Sequence record: DRR723986_8697
DNA: 46,382 nt
Reading direction: 5' to 3' (one strand)
Made by a program: the position numbers and the translations under genes. This document shows positions 29,184 through 37,404 of this stretch, in pieces (position 1 is the stretch's first letter; every line of letters begins with the position of its first letter). The notes beneath the pieces were generated by a model, which worked only from the letters and a program-made list of their open reading frames with translations, ran no database searches and had not been told where the DNA came from.

Positions 29184-30242
29184 CTACACAAAATCTACAT
29201 CCACATTGAATGGGTATTTCATCAAAAACTGTAGTGCATCTTCTATTTCTAAATCATCAAAAAGCACACGATATAAATTTTCTGTGATCGGCGCCCGGAG
29301 ATCAGCAGTTTCCAGGAATGCTTTAATTATTCTAACCGTATTTATACCTTCTGCCACTTCTTCCATATCTGCAAGAATCGAATCAAGGGTCTCTCCTTTC
29401 GCAAGTCGGTAACCTACAGTAAAATTCCTTGAATGTATAGAATTGCAGGTCGTAACCAAATCGCCAATTCCTGCCAAACCCATCACGGATTTAATACTCC
29501 CTCCCAGTGCATTTCCCAGGTGAATCATTTCCACCATACCCCGGCTGATCAGCAATCCTTTGGCATTTTCGCCCAAACCTAAACCTGCTAATGCACCTGA
29601 GGCGATGGCAATAATATTTTTCAATACTCCACTTATCTCCACGCCGATAATATCGGAATTTCCATAAACCTGAAATTTCTCAGACCTCAACAAACTCTGA
29701 CCTTCTAAAATCACTTCATTGTATTTACTGGCTATCACAGTAGCTGCAGGTTGACCTTGAGCCAGTTCCTTGGATAGATTTGGCCCTGCTAGACACCCAA
29801 CTCTTACAGCCACAGTTTCTTGCAGGATTACTTCGCTCATCGTCAGTATTTGACTACGTTTGATCTTCTTGACTGTTTCCAGTGTTTCTCCAGACTTGAG
29901 ATTCAAACAGAGCCCTTTGGTACCATGAATAATCAAGTGATAAGGAAACAAATAGGGCGAAAAAGTCTTCACTACTTCCTGAAAGCCTGAAGATGGAATC
30001 ATCAAGAAAAGCACATCACAGCTTTTGCAAAGTTGTGCAGGATCATTAGAAGCAATTATATTTTTTGCCAATGCTTTTCCTTGAGCAGAATGAGACGAAT
30101 TAATTTCATCGACTACTTCCTCCTTTCGGGCATAGACCATCACAGGGTTTTTAGCCGCTAGAATATTTGCGATGGCCGCGCCAAAGCTTCCCACTCCTAC
30201 CACTCCGATATACTTAGCTTCAGTAGAGTTTTTCGAGTCCAT
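29184..30242 (-). CDS. gpsA: NAD(P)H-dependent glycerol-3-phosphate dehydrogenase
   Basis: GVGSFG, TKG, GPN, LKNIIAIA, GIGDLVTTC, SRN, AEG. Confidence 0.94.
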   Translation of the reverse strand: MDSKNSTEAKYIGVVGVGSFGAAIANILAAKNPVMVYARKEEVVDEINSSHSAQGKALAKNIIASNDPAQLCKSCDVLFLMIPSSGFQEVVKTFSPYLFPYHLIIHGTKGLCLNLKSGETLETVKKIKRSQILTMSEVILQETVAVRVGCLAGPNLSKELAQGQPAATVIASKYNEVILEGQSLLRSEKFQVYGNSDIIGVEISGVLKNIIAIASGALAGLGLGENAKGLLISRGMVEMIHLGNALGGSIKSVMGLAGIGDLVTTCNSIHSRNFTVGYRLAKGETLDSILADMEEVAEGINTVRIIKAFLETADLRAPITENLYRVLFDDLEIEDALQFLMKYPFNVDVDFV

Positions 30243-31917
30243 ATCCGGTTAATCTGTTATGATAAAAATAAAGTAGGCTCATGTCATCAGTTCCTATATT
30301 CCCATTTTTGTCACGGATAATAGGGCGTTTAGCATGGTACATACCCACATTTTCCATCCCTCGACTGATTATTTCATCCAAATCAAGCGAAAGATGGGGC
30401 GCAGTATTGATCAATCCCTGTGACTTCAATTCCTTGATTTTGTCTAGCACAAGCTGACAATTTGCCTTAAACTCCTCATAAGGAATAGCGATATCTTCCT
30501 CTGGCAATCTTAGTAAGTCAAACAAATCAAGTTTTCTGTTTTGCTTTTTGATCAGCTCAAAAGCCACAAAAGCCACCAAATGAGAATTAAACACCCGGTT
30601 GATTTTGTGAAATTCCTCCACAATTCGCTTTCCAAGCATATTCGTGTATTCTTCCTCCCGCTGATTATCCACTGAGACTTTCCCGTCAGAAATAAAATAA
30701 TCCCTCGTATCAATCACCCGACCATGTTTATCCAAGCTTCTGCCATCCACATCCACGTAGTTCCCTAACACATCCATTGCCTTACCTACAGACACTGAGA
30801 TATCAGATCCTTTGGTGAAAAACTTGATTAGGAACTTGGATATCTTGTACGAATTGGAGAACTCATCATTCTCCTTATAATAACGCTCTTGACCGGTGAT
30901 GCTCAAGTGATCTCGGATCAAACTCGGCGCTTCCAGTACAAAGTGATAATTAATCGTAACCGGAACGATGAAAATCTTACCTGAGATATCATTCAATCCA
31001 TTTTCGAAATTTGCCCGCTGTGCCTCGATCGCAGTACTTAAAAGGCCAAGTTTGAGTTTGGACTCGATCATCCCACTTCGGGATCTAGTTCCTCCAGGGA
31101 AAAATAAAGAATGACAGCCAAATTGAATAGCTTCCTTAGAATAGGTTTTGAGCGTCTCCAGATACATCAAATTCTTTTTCCTCCGATCCACTTTATAGGC
31201 TCCGAGAGAATTCATGAAGTAGGCAAAAATGGAAATATTGAAAAGATTCAATCCTGCTCCATAAATAAAAGGCGGTAAGCCTAAAACAGAAATCACCCAT
31301 CCGATCAAGATACTATCAAGATTACTGAAGTGAGTGGGAACCATCACCACGGTGCCTTTAGTAGCCAGGTCACGCAATTGATCAGTTTCGCCAGTGATCT
31401 GTATTTTATCCTGTAAGGTGTATTGATTGCTGAAAATAGACTTGAAACCCTTCACACGAGCTGCATTCAGCAATCTCGAAAACCCATAAGTAACCACTGA
31501 TCGGGTAAACTTATAATGGGTAGTTTTGAAATTACTGGCAATTTCCTCTGCGTAGCGAGCTGTGATTTGATTCAAAACCACCTTGTAAGCCTGCAGTTTT
31601 TTGACCTTATTTTTTACTGTTTCGGTACTTATTTGTACCAAAGAAGACTTTACTCCACTCCAAAAAGACGAATCATCATCAGGATCTACAACCCAAGGAT
31701 TTTGCTTAATTCGAAGTTTCTCACGGTATAGCGTCGTTTCCAATTCTTCTTTGAGAATATCAGGATTGTTGCCAGTGAGATTGAGAATCCTATCCTCCGA
31801 CAAGTCAGCGACTTTCTTCACAAATTCCTTCCTCTCTCTCGCCAATTTCACTACTGGCCATTCCTCTTTACTAGGGTGAATCGGCTCGTACTTATGCTTG
31901 ATGTATTTCTCCTCCAA
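30220..31917 (-). CDS. PlsB/GPAT-like glycerol-3-phosphate acyltransferase
   Basis: TTG start; HxxxxD (HFSNLD), GAGLNL, FFPGGTRSRSG, KLGLL, IVPVTINY; overlaps gpsA by 23 nt. Confidence 0.8.
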   Translation of the reverse strand: MEEKYIKHKYEPIHPSKEEWPVVKLARERKEFVKKVADLSEDRILNLTGNNPDILKEELETTLYREKLRIKQNPWVVDPDDDSSFWSGVKSSLVQISTETVKNKVKKLQAYKVVLNQITARYAEEIASNFKTTHYKFTRSVVTYGFSRLLNAARVKGFKSIFSNQYTLQDKIQITGETDQLRDLATKGTVVMVPTHFSNLDSILIGWVISVLGLPPFIYGAGLNLFNISIFAYFMNSLGAYKVDRRKKNLMYLETLKTYSKEAIQFGCHSLFFPGGTRSRSGMIESKLKLGLLSTAIEAQRANFENGLNDISGKIFIVPVTINYHFVLEAPSLIRDHLSITGQERYYKENDEFSNSYKISKFLIKFFTKGSDISVSVGKAMDVLGNYVDVDGRSLDKHGRVIDTRDYFISDGKVSVDNQREEEYTNMLGKRIVEEFHKINRVFNSHLVAFVAFELIKKQNRKLDLFDLLRLPEEDIAIPYEEFKANCQLVLDKIKELKSQGLINTAPHLSLDLDEIISRGMENVGMYHAKRPIIRDKNGNIGTDDMSLLYFYHNRLTGYGLEKLY

Positions 31918-31944
31918 GTGGCTGGTTTTTATTAAAAATCAATC

Positions 31945-31952
31945 CAAAGATA
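31945..31952 (-). promoter_or_regulatory. -7 promoter element for acyltransferase-gpsA
   Basis: TATCTTTG on the minus strand 27 nt upstream of the TTG start. Confidence 0.55.
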
Positions 31953-31996
31953 GTGAAAAGCCCTTTCTTATATGAATGATCCCTGTGAAGTAATGC

Positions 31997-32482
31997 TCAT
32001 GTTTGAGACTTTGACTTAACAAAAATAGCTACAATAGCAGAAGTGAGCAGTCCCATCACTAACGCCCCTATTACGGATTGGAATATATAACTTTTCAAAT
32101 TGAAATATCCTTCTGCTTCTGCTTGTGTCATATTACCAGAACTCACAGCATAATTTATAACGTTCGGAAAATATTCAGGCGTGATAAATTCAATGGTAAT
32201 GTATTGTGAAAGTGGGCTAAGGGCCGCCACAATCACCGAAATAATAAGACCTGAAATAAAGCCTTGCTTGTAGCTCATCACACCATGATAAAAATTCCTT
32301 CGCTTATCAAGCAATGCAAAAATGTAAATCGCAATGGAAGGAATGGCCACAAAATTTGTGAAGAATGGATGGTCTTCTATCTTCTCATCATGATATCCCA
32401 GAGACTTTTCAAAAAACATCCAGGCCAACATCATGGCTACAAATATCAATGCCCATTTGATTTCAATTTTAATATTTTTCAT
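31997..32482 (-). CDS. DUF4199-like membrane protein
   Basis: 4 TM helices, IEIKWA, MSYKQGFISG, ITPEYF. Confidence 0.75.
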   Translation of the reverse strand: MKNIKIEIKWALIFVAMMLAWMFFEKSLGYHDEKIEDHPFFTNFVAIPSIAIYIFALLDKRRNFYHGVMSYKQGFISGLIISVIVAALSPLSQYITIEFITPEYFPNVINYAVSSGNMTQAEAEGYFNLKSYIFQSVIGALVMGLLTSAIVAIFVKSKSQT

Positions 32483-32629
32483 AGTCTGTAGGGTTTTAGG
32501 TGCAAAAACGTAGTTACAAAATACCTAATTTATCAAAATCAACGTCATTTTCAATTGATTGCTGGTCCTAGCCTATCAAAACCTTGTCCATGAGCGAAAG
32601 GGTATTATTTTTACGGCATCAAAGACCGG

Positions 32630-33604
32630 ATGAAACCAGACCTTAAGCAAATACAGATACCAATAGAGAATGAAATGGCTCAATTTGAGCTGAAATTTCG
32701 GGCCTCTATGAAATCTAAGGTCAAGCTCCTCGACCACATCACTAATTACATTGTCAAGCGCAAAGGCAAGCAGATGCGCCCAATGTTCGTTTTTTTGACT
32801 GCGGGAGTTTGTGGTGGAATAAATGACTCTACGCATAGAGGCGCTGCGCTAATTGAATTACTGCACACTGCAACGCTGGTTCACGATGATGTGGTAGATG
32901 ATGCGAATTACCGTCGTGGATTTTTCTCTGTAAATGCACTTTGGAAAAACAAAATCTCGGTTTTAGTTGGTGATTACCTGCTTTCCCGAGGGCTACTTTT
33001 GAGCGTAGAAAACAATGATTTCAAACTGCTTAAGATCGTATCAAACGCAGTTAAAGAGATGTCTGAAGGTGAATTACTTCAAATCGCCAAAGCAAGGAAA
33101 CTCGATATCACGGAGGAAGTTTACTACGACATTATTCGTCAAAAGACTGCCAGTTTATTGGCTTCCTGCTGCGCAGTAGGTGCTTCCAGCACAGACAGCA
33201 GCGATGAAACCATCTCCAAAATGCGGGAATTTGGAGAGAAAGTTGGGATGGCCTTCCAGATCAAAGACGATCTTTTTGACTACGGTGAAGATGAAATCGG
33301 CAAGCCTGTCGGAATAGATATCAAAGAAAAGAAAATGACGCTGCCTTTAATTTTTGCGTTGCAAAAGGCGGATTGGTTTGAGAAAAAGAAGATCATTAAT
33401 TTGATCCGAAATCGAAGTGAAGATAAAAAAGCAGTCAATCAGGTAATCGATTTCGTGAAGAAAAGTGGTGGACTGGAATACGCCAAAACCATCATGGATA
33501 GATTTTATCAGGAAGCATTGGATATCCTGAAAACCTTTCCTGAATCGGAATATAAAACTTCACTTGAAGGACTGGTGAGCTATACGATTGAAAGGAAGAA
33601 ATAA
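32630..33604 (+). CDS. ispB: Long-chain polyprenyl diphosphate synthase
   Basis: GKQMRP, LVHDDVVD, RRG, KTA, AFQIKDD, GKPVGID. Confidence 0.88.
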   Translation: MKPDLKQIQIPIENEMAQFELKFRASMKSKVKLLDHITNYIVKRKGKQMRPMFVFLTAGVCGGINDSTHRGAALIELLHTATLVHDDVVDDANYRRGFFSVNALWKNKISVLVGDYLLSRGLLLSVENNDFKLLKIVSNAVKEMSEGELLQIAKARKLDITEEVYYDIIRQKTASLLASCCAVGASSTDSSDETISKMREFGEKVGMAFQIKDDLFDYGEDEIGKPVGIDIKEKKMTLPLIFALQKADWFEKKKIINLIRNRSEDKKAVNQVIDFVKKSGGLEYAKTIMDRFYQEALDILKTFPESEYKTSLEGLVSYTIERKK

Positions 33605-33652
33605 AAGATACGTATTTTAAAGAGCTTATCTCTCAAATTTTTACCTCTCTGT

Positions 33653-33694
33653 TCTTATCAGTGATAGTATCAAATGACATTATCACTGATAAGA
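33653..33694. repeat. Perfect 14-bp inverted repeat
   Basis: TCTTATCAGTGATA-14 nt-TATCACTGATAAGA. Confidence 0.8.
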
Positions 33695-33819
33695 TTTTAA
33701 TCTTACACGAGAAATCTAAAGGAATTTCAATACTCTCAAAATCCCTCTACCAATAAGGGTCAGAATGTCAGTTAAGAGAAAATGGATCAGATGAAATATT
33801 TCATGCCCTCTAAATAAAA

Positions 33820-34221
33820 ATGAATAAGCGCTTTAACAGGTTCTCAACTAAAGAAATGCTCTCAGTAGTTCTAATAAGTCTATTAACCATTTCTATTTTA
33901 TTCACTGCACAATTGATGACGCCAATTAGCATTGTTTGGCCTTATGCAACAATTACATTTTTATTTCCAATACCTATAATGCACTACATCTATTATAAAG
34001 ACCACAATAGATTCAATTCACTATTTGGAAGAATAATTCAAGACACAGCATTAGTAATTATACTATGCTTACTATTATTCACCTCCCTACATTCAAACAA
34101 TATCTTTTATAAGATCGGAAGCCTCCCAAATTTGATTACGTTCGTTACACTTTGGGTTGTTATGTGCGAAATCCTATTTTCAGTGTTTTATTCAATAGTT
34201 TGCCTAATAAGGAAAAAGTGA
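33820..34221 (+). CDS. Hypothetical 4-TM membrane protein (AT-rich)
   Basis: 133-aa hydrophobic ORF, A-rich upstream of ATG, GTGA overlap with next gene. Confidence 0.6.
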   Translation: MNKRFNRFSTKEMLSVVLISLLTISILFTAQLMTPISIVWPYATITFLFPIPIMHYIYYKDHNRFNSLFGRIIQDTALVIILCLLLFTSLHSNNIFYKIGSLPNLITFVTLWVVMCEILFSVFYSIVCLIRKK

Positions 34222-35174
34222 ACAAACAATATAAAATACTAGGTATACTTTTTTTACTGGCATACAACGCTGCTCTGTTTGATTACTACAGAAAAAATAA
34301 AGACTCCTCTTTTGAAAGATATAAAATTCTTGATGATACTTCGGAATTAGAAATCTCTGACTTTAAAAGTTTAACAGAAATCTGGAGCAGTTCGAACGCA
34401 AGAATACGGTTAGGATTAACATTAACAAACAGTTCGGAAATTGAAGCCAGGGCATTTATTGACAGGCATGAATCATGGTATAGAAAGCAGTTTATAAATT
34501 CGGATGAGCTATTCAATCACGAAGTTTACCATGTAAAACTTGCTCAGGCTTTAGCAAAAGATCTTAACAAAAAAATCAAAACATATAAATACGATAGGGA
34601 AAAGACCGTCTCTAAACTATCATTTTATCGGGAAAAGTTAAAAAACTTACAAGCTAAATACGACCTTGAATCAAACCATAGTCTGAATAAGGCAATGCAA
34701 GATTACTGGGAGTATAAAATCGATTCAATGTTTAACTTGGGGAAATCATATGATTTTTTCAATAATGTCTCAGTCTTTTTCCCAGAAAAACCAAAAGTAA
34801 ACTACCTACTATATGATCAAGATACATTCTTAGGATATACAGTGAAAAAGAAAGAAATTGAATTTACTATATGGAATTTGAATGAAGTCTATCTAGACAC
34901 ATTACTGTTAGAAAATTGGTCAGTGGATTTCCTTTTTAATCAAGGACTCACGAACATAATAATCAATTATAACTCCAGCTTCCCAAACCTTTTCTTAGAT
35001 AATCATTCTGAAGATAGTCTAACTATGAAAATATTTAAGGACAAATTACTAATTGATAAAAACAATCAACTCTACTATGCGAGATACTCTTATCCCAATA
35101 ATCCACTTACAGATAGCATCTACTTAAAAATGGGGAATCAGTATTTCAATTCCATAAAAATAGACTCAAAGTAA
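34218..35174 (+). CDS. DUF922-like HExxH protein with C-terminal extension
   Basis: Probable GTG start overlapping the upstream TGA; N-terminal TM; LFNHEVYHV...LQAKYDLESNHS...QDYWEYKI resembles the DUF922 pattern. Confidence 0.65.
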   Translation: MNKQYKILGILFLLAYNAALFDYYRKNKDSSFERYKILDDTSELEISDFKSLTEIWSSSNARIRLGLTLTNSSEIEARAFIDRHESWYRKQFINSDELFNHEVYHVKLAQALAKDLNKKIKTYKYDREKTVSKLSFYREKLKNLQAKYDLESNHSLNKAMQDYWEYKIDSMFNLGKSYDFFNNVSVFFPEKPKVNYLLYDQDTFLGYTVKKKEIEFTIWNLNEVYLDTLLLENWSVDFLFNQGLTNIIINYNSSFPNLFLDNHSEDSLTMKIFKDKLLIDKNNQLYYARYSYPNNPLTDSIYLKMGNQYFNSIKIDSK

Positions 35175-36464
35175 ACCTTTCAAATACCCCTTAAATGCCT
35201 CAAAATCATTCCCCATCGCTTCTACTTTTTTCTCGCCATCCATAAAAGCAGCTAATCTCTCTGGAAGCTCAAGCTTCAAGTTCAATGCTTTTTCTACAGT
35301 TTCCTTGAATTTACCTGGGTGAGCTGTTTCCAAAAACACACCTTGGAAACCATTATTTTCAGCCATAAAATCCTTTAAGCCTTTATACCCAACAGCTCCG
35401 TGAGGATCTAGGGTATAGCCAGATTTTTTCACTTCTTGCATCGCTGCCTCCGTTTCTGTATCTGAATAGAAATAACCCTTCACATTTTCCTTGAGCACCT
35501 GCTCATCATTACCATAAAGCGCCAAAAGCCTAGGAAAATTACTTGGGTTCCCCACATCCATGCTGTTGCTGATCGTAGCTATAGATGACATAGCCGCAAA
35601 ATCAGCTCCGTTCAAAAAGTCTGGAACTACTTTATTTACATTCGTCGCAGCCACAAATTGATCTACAGGCAAGCCCATTCTTTGAGCTAATATTCCTGCT
35701 GCTATATTTCCAAAATTCCCTGAAGGAACAGCAAAAGCTACTTTTTTACCGTTTTGCGGAAGTCTGGAAAAAGCGTAGAAATAGTACAAACACTGAGGAA
35801 TCCAGCGGGCAACATTGATAGAGTTTGCTGAAGTCAGCAACAGTTTTTCGTTTAACTCAGCATCCAAAAATGCTTCTTTAACCATCTTCTGACAATCGTC
35901 AAACACACCATCAACTTCCAGCGCTGTGATATTTTGACCTAGCGTAGTAAACTGCTTTTCCTGAAGCTCACTTACTTTTCCTTTAGGGAAAAGAATGATC
36001 ACATCCACTCCATCCACTCCCAAGAATCCATTGGCTACCGCACTCCCAGTATCACCTGAAGTCGCTACCAGCACCCGGACTTTCCGATCAGACTTCTCCA
36101 TTAGCATGCTCATCAGTTTGGAACAAAAACGTGCTCCGAAATCCTTGAATGCCAATGTAGGCCCGTGAAAAAGCTCCAAGCTATAGACATCTTCTTCCAC
36201 TTTCACCAGAGGCGCATCGAATGTCAGCGTATGATTTACCAAATCTTTGATCTGCTCTTGGTTGAGCGCCGAAGAAAACAAGGCTCCTATGACCTCGTAT
36301 CCTATTTCCTGAAAGGTCATTTCTGGAAACGTATTCAACAGTTCTTTTGGTAAAACCGGGATTTCCGTTGGCATATATAAACCTTGATCGGGCGCCAAAC
36401 CTTTGATCACCGCTTCAGTAAGATTTACCTGATGTGCAGAATTATTTGTGCTATAAAACTTCAT
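35166..36464 (-). CDS. thrC: Threonine synthase
   Basis: Start MKFYSTN at 36464; GLAPDQGLY, LELFHGPTLAFKDFG (PLP Lys), ATSGDTG, VPSGNFGN. Confidence 0.96.
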   Translation of the reverse strand: MKFYSTNNSAHQVNLTEAVIKGLAPDQGLYMPTEIPVLPKELLNTFPEMTFQEIGYEVIGALFSSALNQEQIKDLVNHTLTFDAPLVKVEEDVYSLELFHGPTLAFKDFGARFCSKLMSMLMEKSDRKVRVLVATSGDTGSAVANGFLGVDGVDVIILFPKGKVSELQEKQFTTLGQNITALEVDGVFDDCQKMVKEAFLDAELNEKLLLTSANSINVARWIPQCLYYFYAFSRLPQNGKKVAFAVPSGNFGNIAAGILAQRMGLPVDQFVAATNVNKVVPDFLNGADFAAMSSIATISNSMDVGNPSNFPRLLALYGNDEQVLKENVKGYFYSDTETEAAMQEVKKSGYTLDPHGAVGYKGLKDFMAENNGFQGVFLETAHPGKFKETVEKALNLKLELPERLAAFMDGEKKVEAMGNDFEAFKGYLKGLL

Positions 36465-36468
36465 CCTC

Positions 36469-37404
36469 TTATTTTTCTTCGATAACGTAAGCGCCTTGAG
36501 TGTTGATTTCAGAGAAATAAACATCTACGTCAAGACCAATTTTTGAAAATATTTCTTTGCCTGCTTCGCCTACGGCATCGGCAGTTTCTTTTCCCCGAGA
36601 AAGGGCAAAAAGTGTAGGACCAGAACCTGAAATCCCCATTCCTAAAGCACCGGCAGCCTTCAAGGCTTCTCTTACTTCATAAAAGCCCGGAAGCAAAACC
36701 GCTCGATAAGGTTCTGCGATCACATCCCGAAGAGATCTGGAAATCAATTGAAAATCACTTTCGTACAAGCCTGCTATTAACCCAGCGACATTTCCAGACT
36801 GTATGGTTGCATGCTTCATAGGAATTTGGTCTCTCAGTACAGATCTAGAATCTGCAGTTTTTAGCTCATAATGTGGATGCAACAAGGTGCAATAAAGACC
36901 GTCAGGCACAGGAAGTTTGATCACATCCAGCGGATGGTAATCTCTTACCAACACAAAGCCTCCTAATAAACTTGGGGCAACATTATCTGCGTGCCCGGCT
37001 CCACAAGCCACTTTCTCCGCCGCTATCGCAAAAGGCAATAAATCTTTCTTTTCAAATGGATCACCCAAAACCCTGTTGGCAGCTGCCAATGCAGCCACGG
37101 CACTTGCAGCACTTGACCCCATACCTGAGCCTAAAGGCAATCCTTTAGTCAGATATATATTCATTCCAACATTGGAATCCAACTCATCCAACATGGCTTG
37201 AATAGCCACAGCACAGGTGTTTTTCTCCGCTTCAAGAGGGAGCTTCCCGTCGTCTCCATCAATAGAAACAACAACTAACCCCGGCTCATCCTTCAGAACC
37301 AGCTCTACAGTATCCCCCATCGCATCGATCGCAAATCCAAGGATATCAAATCCACAAGATACATTTGCTACAGTTGCTGGGGCAAAGGCTTTGACGGAGT
37401 GCAT
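36469..37404 (-). CDS. thrB: Homoserine kinase
   Basis: APATVANVSCGFD, PLGSGMGSSAAS, HADNVAP, ISGSGP. Confidence 0.96.
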   Translation of the reverse strand: MHSVKAFAPATVANVSCGFDILGFAIDAMGDTVELVLKDEPGLVVVSIDGDDGKLPLEAEKNTCAVAIQAMLDELDSNVGMNIYLTKGLPLGSGMGSSAASAVAALAAANRVLGDPFEKKDLLPFAIAAEKVACGAGHADNVAPSLLGGFVLVRDYHPLDVIKLPVPDGLYCTLLHPHYELKTADSRSVLRDQIPMKHATIQSGNVAGLIAGLYESDFQLISRSLRDVIAEPYRAVLLPGFYEVREALKAAGALGMGISGSGPTLFALSRGKETADAVGEAGKEIFSKIGLDVDVYFSEINTQGAYVIEEK

